Shown here: positions 52,557 through 64,000 of the stretch, one piece after another
How positions within the stretch are numbered: position 1 is the first letter of the stretch
How the letters are laid out: every line of letters starts with the position of its first letter
Assembly (NCBI RefSeq): GCF_001194135.2
Contig: NC_068989.1
Location: 88,431,720-88,495,719 of the forward strand
From: Octopus bimaculoides
Lineage: Eukaryota
Length of the DNA: 64,000 bases
Direction: 5' to 3'
Notes under the pieces: model-generated
Told to the model about the DNA's origin: nothing
The model's database searches: none
What the model saw: only the letters and a program-made list of their open reading frames with translations
Made by a program: the position numbers and the translations under genes

Positions 52557-53786
52557 AAAGGTAAAGTTGACCTCGGCGGAATTTGAACTCAGAACGTAAA
52601 GACAGATGAAATGCCACCCACTAAGCATTTTGCCCAGCATGCTACCGATTCTGTCAGGTCGCCAGCTAAGCTGCTAAGTTTCCTCAAATATTAACCAGAC
52701 AGGGCCTATTCCTACCATCATTTTAGTCTCATTTTTGACCTACCTGTTGGCACAAGGCCAGCAACTTCAGGGGAGTGGATAAGTCTATTACATCAATTCA
52801 GTATGCAACTGGTACTTAATTTATCGACCCCTAAAAGGAGGAAAGGCGAAGTCAACCTCGGCAGAATTTGAGCTCAGAATGTAAAGTCAGGATTCTGCCA
52901 CCTTGCTGCTTTAAGCCAAAGGAAATATGAATTTCAGGTTTTGGTATGAGTCCAGTTTCAGTGACCCCCAGTGCTTGACAGGTAACTATTTTATTGACTT
53001 GGAAGGGATGAAAGGCAAAGTTCACGTTGGCAGAATTTGAACTAAGGAAGGAAAGAAGGACAAAATGCTTAGTGGCATTTTGTCCACCATTTTGCTAGTT
53101 CACTACCTTAAGCCAAAAGAAATATTGCTTTCAAATTTTGGCTCGAGGCCATCGATTTTAGGGGAAGGGGGTAAGTCAATTGCAGCTACCCCAATGTTCA
53201 AACAGGTATTTATTTTATCGACCCTAGAAGGATGAAAGTCAAATCCAACCTTGGCAGAATTTGAACTCAGAATGTAAAGACAGACGAAATAGTGCTAAGC
53301 ATTTCGCCTCGCGTGGTAACATTTCTTATTTCTTTATTACCCACAAGGGGCTAAACATAGAGGAGACAAACAAGGACAAAGGGATTAAGTCGATTACATC
53401 GACCCCAGTGCATAACTGGTACTTAATTTATCAACCCCAAAAGGATGAAAGGCAAAGTCGACCTCAGCGGAATTTGAACTCAGAATGTAAAGACAGACGA
53501 AAAACCGCCAAGTATTTCGCCCGGTGTGTTAATATTTCTGCCAGCTCGCTGCCTTAAGCCAAAAGAAACATTCTTTTCTACTCTAGGCACAAGGTCCAAA
53601 ATTCTTGGGGAGGGGGCCAGTCGATTAGATCGACTCCAGTAGGCAACTGGTACTTAATTTATTGACCCCAAAAGGATGAAAGGCAAAGTCAACCTTGTTG
53701 GAATTTGAACTCAGAACTTAAAGACAGACAGAATGTTGCTACGCATTTCGCCCGGCGTGCTAACATTTCTGCCAGCTCACCACCTT
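52557..53786 (-). mobile_element. Head-to-tail stack of six SINE family A copies
   Basis: Six occurrences of the AAAGG(C/T)AAAGT..ACC.CGG..GAATTTGA(A/G)CT block, all on the minus strand, with different tail subtypes. Confidence 0.9.
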
Positions 53787-54117
53787 AAACCAAAAGAAAT
53801 ATTACAAAGCTTTTTTGCTCTCCACTCTAACAATTTTGCCAATTCACAAACCTTACTAACTCAGACTAATAATAGTTTCCAAATTTGCTTAAGAAACTGT
53901 AAAAAAAGACTGATTTCAAGAAGACAATACATCTTAATTAGAAATGAAAGTTTATTCTCTCATTAAATATAAATACACTGTTATTTATTCTGTTATTGAA
54001 AATAAACTGTTATTAATGTGGGAATTACAACACAAGTGTTCTCGCCATACTGCCTGTCTGAAATTTTTCTGTCAATCATGCTTACACTACTTCCATTGTT
54101 TAAACATTTCTTTTTAG

Positions 54118-54174
54118 TTTCTCAAACAACAACCATTTCAGGTTCCAAAACCTTTTGCTGTTCGTGTGATTCAG
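54118..54174 (+). other. Weak candidate 57-nt exon
   Basis: Acceptor tttctttttAG, donor CAG|GTAAAT, length a multiple of 3 and two open frames. No partner exon was found. Confidence 0.25.
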
Positions 54175-54313
54175 GTAAATAACAGCATTTCTGCTAATCT
54201 ACAACTTTCATTCAATTGGTATTTTGTTACCAACCTCGAAAGAAGGAAAGACAAAGTTGATTTCAGCAATTACTGAAAGCAGAGTATTGGAAAGTGTGAC
54301 TTGTTTATGTATA

Positions 54314-54715
54314 CTCTTTTACTCTTTTATTTGTTTCAGTCATTTGACTGCGGCCATGCTGGAGCACCACCTTTAGTCGAGCAAATCGACCCCAGGACTT
54401 ATTCTTTGTAAGCATAGTACTTATTCTCTTTTGCCGAACCGCTAAGTTACGGGGACGTAAACACACCAGCATCTATTGTCAAGCGATGTTGGGGGAACAA
54501 ACACAGACACACAAACATATACACACACATACATACACATATACATATACGACGGGCTTCTTTCAGTTTCCGTCTACCAAATCCACTCACAAGGCTTTGG
54601 TCAGCCCGTGGCTATAGTAGAAGACACTTGCCCAAGGTGCCATGCAGTGGGACTGAATCCAGAACCATGTAGTTGGTAAACAATCTACTTACCACACAGC
54701 CACTCCTACACCTAT
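54314..54715 (-). mobile_element. SINE family B, full length and well preserved
   Basis: Complete from head to tail with most CpGs retained. Confidence 0.9.
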
Positions 54716-54724
54716 AAGTGTGTG

Positions 54725-54844
54725 ATGCTTACAGCACCTTGGTTTCCCAAGCGGTCACCCATCTAAGTACTCACTAGGCTCAACGTTGCTTAACTTCGGT
54801 GATCGGACGAGAACTGGTGCTCTCAGCGTGATATGGCTGTATGT
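54725..54844 (-). rRNA. Solitary 5S rRNA copy, probably a pseudogene
   Basis: Minus strand reads ACATACAGCCATATCACGCTGAGAGCACCAGTTCTCGTCCGATCACCGAAGTTAAGCAACGTTGAGCCTAGTGAGTACTTAGATGGGTGACCGCTTGGGAAACCAAGGTGCTGTAAGCAT. It is 120 nt with the conserved CCGATC.CCGAAGTTAAGC and GGATGGGTGACCG-like blocks. The first 3 nt do not pair in helix I and there is no T-run terminator. Confidence 0.9.
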
Positions 54845-54854
54845 TAAAGTTGTT

Positions 54855-55070
54855 TAACTGTTGAGCATTTAAACTGGCCATATCCAGCTAGAATATTCTA
54901 CTTGTTTTAAACTCAAACTGGCCACATCCAGCCTCTCACACCTACCTTGTAATGTTTTTCTAAAAATAAACAATCTCAAAGCTATGAGGTAATGCATGAT
55001 TAATTCAAAACTATCACATGTGAATAAATAAGCGTTACGCTTGACTGAGTAATTTGAATGCCTAAGTGTC
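54855..55070. mobile_element. piggyBac-like MITE family 2 (decayed)
   Basis: Degenerate AGCATT...AATGC termini, homologous to 24802-24985. Confidence 0.5.
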
Positions 55071-55559
55071 TATGTGTAACATTTGAATACTTTTCACTCA
55101 AAATTCTGACAATATTGCTTTAAAAACAAAGGACACATTCAATAATATAGTCATAGATACATTATATTTGAGAAAAAAAAAGGTCACAGCTTGAACTCCT
55201 TTCATTCTCCATAGGGGGTCTGCTCAGTCAGGGTTGACCTGGATACACACAAAAATTCATTGTTTGGTGACCTTAAATTTTGTAATTTTCTTAGTTGTTT
55301 TTTTCTTTGTTTTATTTCTTTTTTCTTTCTATTTTTCTTTCATGGTGTTTCTGTAGTTGATAAAAAAAATTTTTTTAAATAACTATTTGACATGATTACA
55401 ACATTTTAGAAATGAGATGGGGAGAGAAGAAGTGGAGGCGAATTGGGAAGCGTGCCAAGAGAAATGTTTATGTCCGAACATTAGAATCTGGACGAAACTG
55501 AAACATAAATAGCAACATTGTTGCCAGCCATCGTTACCGTGGTTGTTATGCTAATCATA

Positions 55560-57210
55560 ATCGTCATCACCACCACCATCATCATCATCATCACCATCAC
55601 CACCACCACCACCACCACCACCACCNNNNNNNNNNNNNNNNNNNNNNNNNNNNNNNNNNNNNNNNNNNNNNNNNNNNNNNNNNNNNNNNNNNNNNNNNNN
55701 NNNNNNNNNNNNNNNNNNNNNNNNNNNNNNNNNNNNNNNNNNNNNNNNNNNNNNNNNNNNNNNNNNNNNNNNNNNNNNNNNNNNNNNNNNNNNNNNNNNN
55801 NNNNNNNNNNNNNNNNNNNNNNNNNNNNNNNNNNNNNNNNNNNNNNNNNNNNNNNNNNNNNNNNNNNNNNNNNNNNNNNNNNNNNNNNNNNNNNNNNNNN
55901 NNNNNNNNNNNNNNNNNNNNNNNNNNNNNNNNNNNNNNNNNNNNNNNNNNNNNNNNNNNNNNNNNNNNNNNNNNNNNNNNNNNNNNNNNNNNNNNNNNNN
56001 NNNNNNNNNNNNNNNNNNNNNNNNNNNNNNNNNNNNNNNNNNNNNNNNNNNNNNNNNNNNNNNNNNNNNNNNNNNNNNNNNNNNNNNNNNNNNNNNNNNN
56101 NNNNNNNNNNNNNNNNNNNNNNNNNNNNNNNNNNNNNNNNNNNNNNNNNNNNNNNNNNNNNNNNNNNNNNNNNNNNNNNNNNNNNNNNNNNNNNNNNNNN
56201 NNNNNNNNNNNNNNNNNNNNNNNNNNNNNNNNNNNNNNNNNNNNNNNNNNNNNNNNNNNNNNNNNNNNNNNNNNNNNNNNNNNNNNNNNNNNNNNNNNNN
56301 NNNNNNNNNNNNNNNNNNNNNNNNNNNNNNNNNNNNNNNNNNNNNNNNNNNNNNNNNNNNNNNNNNNNNNNNNNNNNNNNNNNNNNNNNNNNNNNNNNNN
56401 NNNNNNNNNNNNNNNNNNNNNNNNNNNNNNNNNNNNNNNNNNNNNNNNNNNNNNNNNNNNNNNNNNNNNNNNNNNNNNNNNNNNNNNNNNNNNNNNNNNN
56501 NCGTCGTTGTTGTCGTCGTCGTTGTTGTCGTCGTCGTTGTTGTCGTCGTCGTTGTCATCATCGTCATCACCACCACCACCATCACCGCCACCTCCGTCAC
56601 CACCACCACCACCACTGCCACCATCACCATCATCACCATCATCGTCATCGTCGTCGTCGTCGTCATCGTTGTTGTCGTCGTCATCATCATCGTCGTCATC
56701 ACCACCATCACAATCACCATCATCATCTGTGTTGTTGTAATCCCTGTCAGTGTCATCACAAGGAGCAAAAGCAAACGGCCCCACAACCATCTTCGTCACG
56801 CAGCCAGCAACAGTGAACCTCTGTAGGATTTCCTGTCCCACTAGAAATAGCAGCTAAACCTCCCACAACTTACATACTGTTGTCTTAAAAAGAAAGAAGT
56901 AACGACGGATTGAATAATGTAGTTTTGACAACATTATATTTGAATAAAAGAAGATGAAATGGTCATAGCTTGACTCACTCTGGTCATAAATCTGTACAAC
57001 CAAAGCTGATCTGGTCAAGACAACAAAGATAAGTAGAAAAATATCAGCAGCAGCAGCAGCAGAGTCACCGTCATTATCGTCAGCATCACCACCACCACTG
57101 CCACTACACCACCACCACTGCCACTACACCACCACCACTGCCACTACACCACCACCACTGCCACCATCACCATCATCTCACCGTTGTCGTCCTTTTCATC
57201 ATTATTGTAG

Positions 57211-57274
<64 letters not shown>

Positions 57275-57290
57275 CATCATCATTTCCTTA
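55560..57290. repeat. Mixed (CAC/CAT/CGT)n trinucleotide tracts around an 876-N gap, plus a 20-bp unit x4 at 57087-57166
   Basis: Directly visible. The 20-bp unit is CACCACCACCACTGCCACTA. Confidence 0.95.
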
Positions 57291-57891
57291 TCTATTTTAC
57301 CCTCCATACTAACCAGCAATAGCACAAGATTATCAATAATCTTTCCATCAACAATTTTGGCCACTTTTTCTCAAATTCAATACCACCTGTAGACATGCTT
57401 ATTATAAATTTTTTTTAAATACAGTTCAGCACCCATAACTTACAGAAACATTTTGTCACACCCAGAATTGATGAAGCATAGAATAAACTACCAGCATCAG
57501 TTGTCAGCCATCCTTTAAAAGATCCATGCTTCCCGAAACTCGCCAGCACAACTCCTGGCATACACATACCTTCTCAAGTATATTCCCCTCTTGACTTGGT
57601 TTCCTCATAACTTTCAGAAAATTGGATAGTTTTTTTTAATTGGAGTTTTCAAATACCTTTCAGGTGAATTTTGTAAACGGAAACTGAAAGAAGCCCATCG
57701 TATATATNNNNNNNNNNNNNNNNNNNNNNNNNNNNNNNNNNNNNNNNNNNNNNNNNNNNNNNNNNNNNNNNNNNNNNNNNNNNNNNNNNNNNNNNNNNNN
57801 NNNNNNNNNNNNNNNNNNNNNNNNNNNNNNNNNNNNNNNNNNNNNNNNNNNNNNNNNNNNNNNNNNNNNNNNNNTATATATATATATCATC

Positions 57892-57927
<36 letters not shown>

Positions 57928-58783
57928 GTTTAATGTCTGCTTTCCATGGTGGCATGGGTTGGACGGTTTGACTGGGGACTGGCGAAGCAGATGGCTGCAC
58001 CAGGCGCCAGTCCTGGGGTCGATTGCTTTGACTAAAAAGCCTTTAAGATTGTGCTCCAGCATGGCTGCAGTCAAAATGACTGAAACAAGTAAAAGAATAA
58101 AAGAATATATCTACAAGATGAAATTTGAAATTTTGAAAAAATTGTGTGATGTCAGTTTGTATGTGTGTGTACCCATGAACCTTTTTTTGATATCTTTATT
58201 CACATTATGGCGATGTACTTGCATAGCAAGTGACCTGATCTGAGATTGTGTGCTAGAACGAAAGCAATTGCAACGTGGAAGGTGTTTCACGGAATTTTTG
58301 TCAGTGAACAGGTCGCGGTCTCAAAGCGACGAAAATATTTTGGCAAATTAAATTTAAATGTTGAAGTGAATCTAACGAATCTAATGGATCATAAACACCT
58401 TCCCCACTGCAATTGTTTTTTCACATTAATAATCCAATAAAATCGTACTCTATCACCATTAGAAATGTATTTGTAGAAAACCTCATTAAAAAACACCCAT
58501 TTTTGTGAAAGTTATGAGGAAACAAAGTCGTAGATGAGGGAGATTTGTGTAGATATATCCTTCTTGTATTTGGATCTTTTACTGTTCAGTTTTCCATTGA
58601 TTTTCATATATTGTAGGCGCACATTTTATTCTGTGTATTATGCATGCAGTTTTGGCTATGACTGTCTTCATTTAATTGGCATTTTTTTACTGATGTCTGT
58701 CCCCTCTTTCACCTTTTCCTTACCAGTTGAAGAGCACCTCCCGAGCCCTGCATACAACCAGCTCGTTATTATTTACTTTAATG

Positions 58784-59040
58784 TAATGGTTCTCAACCAC
58801 GGTCCATGTCACCCTCGGGTTTCTATATAAGATTTTGTTGTTAAGATTTATCTGCAATAAATGGATTATACTTCTACAATACATAAAACGTTTTAACATT
58901 TTTTATGTACAGTTCCTAATGATATTTAATTATAAAACTTTAATAGGGTCTTTTTTTAAACATCGAATTGCTAGAAGGATCCCTCTGAGTAAAATAGGAA
59001 TGAAAGGAGTCCAAGGCCAAAAAATGGTTGATAACCAATG
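58784..59040. mobile_element. hAT (Charlie-like) MITE
   Basis: TIRs TAATGGTTCTCAACC and GGTTGATAACCAATG, with a degenerate 8-bp TSD CTTTAATG/CTTTTAGG. Confidence 0.65.
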
Positions 59041-60359
59041 CTTTTAGGTATCGCTTAAACAAGAAAAATTAGAGTTGTCTCCCTTACCCATATTTCTACT
59101 CAAAAATTTCATGGATCAACCTTCCTCATTCAACTGTTAAATAATAATTTATGACCGTCAATCTTTATAGGTATTAGTTTCGCTTCATATCTCATATTTA
59201 ACAATTGTTATTATTGTTTCTAGTCATGTGTATGCTCAAAAGTATTCCGGCCGTGACTCTCCTGTCTCTATTTTTTTTTCTTTGATGGGGGTAACTAACA
59301 AGAAGTATTGGGTTGTTCGTTTTCGTTTTCTTTTTTTTTTTTCTCTACCTGTCTGAAAAGGTAACATTGACTCAGGTTTCAAAAACGATACACAAACGTT
59401 GTTAGAGGAAGATTAGAGATTTTAAAAAAATCATGAAACACTACAATAAAAGTATTTTTTGTGTTTATTCAAATAAAATTGGAAAGGATTTAAAATAATG
59501 GGAGAAAGAAAAACGAACGAATTTCTCTAACCACCCAGTAATTCTCTAAAGCCCTTGTTCGTTGAAAAGGTGAGGTTCGGAAAGAGACTTGGCTGCTATT
59601 TTTAACAATCTGAGTGACAAAATAAAGGCTGCCTCGTTGACTGTAAGGCATAACAGATTTAAGCTTTAACAATAATACTAAGTTATTAAGTTTTTAGATT
59701 AAAATGTCCTCTCTCATAATCTGTTGTTGACGCTTAGCTATAGGTTGGTTGCGATCGAGTATACTCATGACAAAAAGAAGTTCCCTGACATGGTTGTATG
59801 GTGAGAAGTTTGCTTCCCAACCAAAACACATGGTTCCAAGTTCAATCCAACTGCGTAGCACCTCGGGCAAATGTCTTTTTTTATAGCCTCGGGCCAACCA
59901 AATTTTTGTGAGTAGATTCGATTGACAGAAACTGCAAGAAACCCGTCGTGTGTGTGTATGTTTCTGTGTTTGTCCCCCCCCCCCATCGCTTGACAAACGG
60001 GGTTAGTTTGTTTACATCCCTGTAACTTAGCGGTTTGGCAAAAGACACCAATAGAATAAGCACCAGGCTTGGAAAAATGTACTGGCAAAAAAAAATGGTC
60101 TTTCTGTAGTTCTGCTTTATCATTTAGGTTCTTGACTGCCTGGGATATTTATGTATCATCGGCAGAGTTGGTGAGAATGGCTGGTGGTATGACTAAGGAC
60201 ATGTCTGAGAAAATCATACACACATATCTGTGCGCGTGTGTGTGTGTGCGCATGCTAGCGTGCATGTGTGTCTATCTGTGTGTGTGCATGTACATCTGTG
60301 TGCATACATTCATAATGTGCATGCAGGTGTGCGTGCGTGTGTGTAAGCTCTATATACTT

Positions 60360-60530
60360 ATTCTAATAACTTCTTTCTGCAAAACTGCTACTCTCTGGAA
60401 CTCCCTTTCACCATCTTGCTTTCCTCTCATCTATAATATCCAATCCTTTAAGCTTTCTCTCAATCAACATATCTTTAAATTTGTAGACCACTTCTTTTCC
60501 TTCTTCACAGTTCTTTACGTTACAATGGCC
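60360..60530 (+). mobile_element. CR1/L2-type LINE 3' end relic
   Basis: SFCKTATLWNSLSPSCFPLIYNIQSFKLSLNQH matches the SF..RT..LWNSLP..FP..Y.L.SFK C-terminus. Confidence 0.65.
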
Positions 60531-61204
60531 TCAAGCTTCGGAACAAAATTATTTAATAACAATTTATCAAATATAAATTTAATTCATATATTTTTTATTT
60601 ATTATCAATCATCCGTAGATGAATCTATAACATCTGCATATCACAATTTTTGTTGCACAAAATAGTACCAGCTGGATACAAGTCCTCACTGAATGGTTTT
60701 TATTTCAGAGATTTCCTTCTCTTAGATGGATTGTCTTTGCTATGACTGGTGAGCCACCATTTACCCTTGGCTACATTGGATGACTGTTGACTCCCATGAG
60801 TTCCTCCACCCTAACCCTGCAGGGTGTCCAAAAATCCCCTTCCTCAGCAATCTCTCCTTGGTGGGATTACCAGTTGTACTGGGTTATATCTTATCAGTAG
60901 TTTAAGGTGCAAGTGTACCCAGACATTGAGTACATTAAGTGCATTAAGTTGGCATTCTGCAGAAGCTGGTTCAAACTCAAGAATTCTGCAGTGACTTAGA
61001 TAGCAATATAAGTGCCGGCAAAGGCAGTGAACTGGCAGAACCATTAGCACACCGAGCAAAATGCTGAGCAGTATTTCATCCATCTTCAGGTTCTGAGTTC
61101 AAATTCCGCTGAAGAACACTTTGCCTTTCATCCTTTTGGGGTTGATAAATTAAGTACCAGTTGAGTACTGGGGATGCTGCAATCGACTCCCCACCACCAG
61201 AATA

Positions 61205-61700
61205 ATTGCGCAAGTGTAATTTCAATAAAGAACAAAATAAGAATTTTTAACACTAACGTAAAAGCGGTGTTATTGTATGGGGCTGAGACATGGCAAACAA
61301 CAGTTAAATCAAATAAGCAAATACAATCATTCATCAACAGATGCTTGCATAATATACTTAAAATTAGATGGCCCGAACACATAAGCAATATGGAGCTATG
61401 GCAAAGAATGAATCAAGTTCCTATTAGGGAGCAAATATTTAAGAAAAAGTGGAAGTGGATTGGTAGCACAATTAGAAAGGACACACCAAATGTAGCAAAA
61501 AGTGCTTTACAGTGGAATCCGGACGGATATAGAAAGAAAAGTAGGCCTAAGAACTCGTGGTGTAGATCAACACAAAAGGAACTAGAGAAAGGGGGACATT
61601 CATGGCAGAGTATAAGTACAGAAGCGAAAAATTATGCGACATGGAATTCAATAAGTGGCCTATACTCTGCGTTGGAGGGTTAAAGGCAAAAAAAAAAGAG
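61205..61700 (+). mobile_element. RTE-X-like LINE C-terminal 0.5 kb (open frame, 5'-truncated at a SINE A)
   Basis: KIRIFNTNVKAVLLYGAETW, FINRCLHNILKIRWPEHISN.ELW, WKWIG..IRK and ALQWNPDG.RK..RPKNSW, followed by an A-rich tail. Confidence 0.9.
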
Positions 61701-62149
61701 TGCAGGCAAAGATGTGTCGTCTGGAATCATACGTTCGATCCTGCTGCATAATACAATTAAACTTTACAGAGTCTTCTTCCGCAATCTTAAGTCAAACCAA
61801 GAACAATAATAACAATGTACAAACACTTGTGACATATTATGTCATATCAGTAAATTATAAAATGACATTCAGTGACAGAAAATGGGATAATAACTTACAG
61901 CTGTTTCAGTTTAGTGTGACATGCCTCATTCTATCTTTATCACTCCAATAGATTGAAGTAATTAATAGATGGAATAGATGAAATAGAGGTACATGGATGA
62001 TTCTCTAGGCCTCTTCAGAGATAATCTGGACTGAAACAGCTGTAAGATATTATTCCATTTTCTGTCACTATATGTCATTTTATAATTTACTGATATGACA
62101 TAATAGGTCTCATGTGTGACCTATTATGTCACATGTGTCCTCATTCATA

Positions 62150-62470
62150 CGTGGTAGTGGTGGTGGTGGTGGCGGCTGCGGCGGCAGCAGTGGTGGTGGT
62201 GGTGGAAGAGAAGGTGATGGAAGAGGAGGTGGAGGAAGGTGATGGAAGAGGAGGTGGAGGAAGAAGAAAGAGAAGATTGGGAGGAGAAGGAGGAGGAGGA
62301 GAAGGAGCAAGAGGAGGGGGAGCAGAAGGAGAAGGAGTAGGAAGAGGAAGGAGAAGAAAATGAGGAGGAGGGGGGAGGGGAGGCAGAAGAAGAAAATGAG
62401 GAGGAGGAGGAGGGGAAGGAGAAGAAGAAGAAGAAGAAGATGTTGATGATGCAGTAGTAGCAGCAGCATA
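62150..62470. repeat. Purine-rich (GAG/GAA/GGT)n low-complexity tract
   Basis: Directly visible. Confidence 0.95.
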
Positions 62471-62799
62471 ACCTGTCCTGCTATGCTAAGTATCTGACAG
62501 ATTATCTGGAAGAGATATAAATAGAAAAGTCAAAAATATTTAAAATAAAACACATTAATAAAATAAAATAACAGCAAATAATAAACAAAAACAAAAAAGA
62601 AAAAAAGAAAATGAAGTACTTTATTTTGTGATGGAGGGATTTGTAAGTTTTGCTGTTGGTGTAATCAGCAACACATCTGTTTGTGTGCCTAATCGTAGAC
62701 GGTTGTGTGTTTGGATCATGTCGATAGATCTGGTTTCCCTTTTTAGCTTTGAACTGGTCCTTATCTAAGTTTGCATCACTAAAATAACACTGTGCATGC

Positions 62800-63590
62800 A
62801 TCCGTGTATGCATGTGTGTGTGTGTGAGAGAGAGAGAGACAGACAGAGAGACACAGAGAGAAATAGAGAGACAGAGAGAGAGAGAGACAGACAGACAAAG
62901 ATTCTGGCCTTGACCATCAAAAATAATTTTATCTGCAGGTTATCACTTATACTTTTCTCAATAGACGCTGTGTGTGTGTGTGTTGGATGAGTCGATAGAG
63001 CATCAGAGTCAAACGTTGTGGTNNNNNNNNNNNNNNNNNNNNNNNNNNNNNNNNNNNNNNNNNNNNNNNNNNNNNNNNNNNNNNNNNNNNNNNNNNNNNN
63101 NNNNNNNNNNNNNNNNNNNNNNNNNNNNNNNNNNNNNNNNNNNNNNNNNNNNNNNNNNNNNNNNNNNNNNNNNNNNNNNNNNNNNNNNNNNNNNNNNNNN
63201 NNNNNNNNNNNNNNNNNNNNNNNNNNNNNNNNNNNNNNNNNNNNNNNNNNNNNNNNNNNNNNNNNNNNNNNNNNNNNNNNNNNNNNNNNNNNNNNNNNNN
63301 NNNNNNNNNNNNNNNNNNNNNNNNNNNNNNNNNNNNNNNNNNNNGTGCGTGCGTGCGTGCGTGCGTGCGTGTGTGTGTATCTCTGTGTGTGTGTGTTTGT
63401 GTTTGTGTGTGTGTGTGTATGTGTGCATATGTGAGTTTGAGTGTGTGTTGGGGGCTCTGTGTGTGTGTGTATTTGTGTGTCAGTGTGTTTGTGTGTGCAC
63501 GTGTGAGTGCGTGTGTGTATGTGTGTGTGCTTCTGTGTATGTGTTTGTCGTTATGCATGTGTGTGTGTGTGTATGTGCCTGTTGTAGGTG
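62800..63590. repeat. (GT)n/(GA)n microsatellite field with a gap
   Basis: Directly visible. Confidence 0.95.
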
Positions 63591-64000
63591 ATGGGTGTGA
63601 TAGTTAGACATCAAATTATATTTTCATACTAAAAGACAAAAATATTGTCAAGCTGTTTCTTTTTTCCGCTATACAATATGGAGAAAGACGTTTTTTTAAT
63701 GGAGATATTATGATATCACCATCAACATTAGGGTGGCTACCAAGCCTGGTTGAGAAAGGAAGAGGGTGGAAGGCAGAGCATCAGTAGCCCTGCACAATCG
63801 TATTTCCTCATTGCTACTGAATAACCAATAAGAGAACAAATGAAACGGATCCTGGTAAGGGGAGGTAAGTCCTCAGAGACTGCATATGAAGCAATGTATT
63901 GAAAGCTAGAAATAAACCTTGATGTGGAATTCCTTCCCCTCACCAAGGAAAACATGGCACTCCAAAACCATCACGGAGAAAGACCACAGAAACTGAAGTG

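Noticed and set aside
14248-61200. tRNA genes suggested by A/B-box motifs
   Set aside because: Every instance examined continues into SINE body sequence and lacks a complete cloverleaf and terminator.
62473-62505. Strong minus-strand acceptor at 62505 with a 33-nt open frame (IICQILSIAGQ)
   Set aside because: The donor GTTATG is non-consensus and the sequence runs into a low-complexity tract, so the exon cannot be supported.
2208-63607. Numerous ORFs rich in YI, HT, CV, MM, DD, HH or X runs
   Set aside because: They are translations of microsatellites, trinucleotide tracts or N-gaps, not genes.

Overview
AT-rich eukaryotic genomic DNA, dominated by (TA)n/(CA)n/(CATA)n/(CAT)n microsatellites and transposon debris, with 13 N-gaps. 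The SINE families, 5S sequence and composition suggest a cephalopod (Octopus-like) genome; this is an inference and no search was run. I can support no intact protein-coding gene. The supplied ORFs are mostly microsatellite, gap or decayed-TE artefacts. Recognisable content: several tRNA-headed SINE families (A, B with a CORE-like block and central microsatellite, D, E), RTE, RTE-X, CR1/L2-type and Penelope retroelement fragments, a DD37D (maT) and a mariner transposase relic, Tc1, Tigger, hAT and piggyBac-like MITEs, and one solitary 5S rRNA copy. A CpG-rich region at about 38.2-41.1 kb with an ETS-CRE motif, plus strong splice signals at 39111 and 25057-25136, suggests the non-coding 5' exons of a minus-strand transcript. 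The most interesting oddities are a six-copy SINE stack with a recurring 16-bp linker (52.6-53.8 kb), a terminator-less 5S copy 9 bp upstream of a SINE head (54.3-54.8 kb), fold-back structures around a Penelope fragment (48.7-50.7 kb) and a 33/34/30-bp tandem repeat (20.3-20.7 kb). I found no evidence of a complete novel biological system. Coordinates of decayed TEs are approximate.
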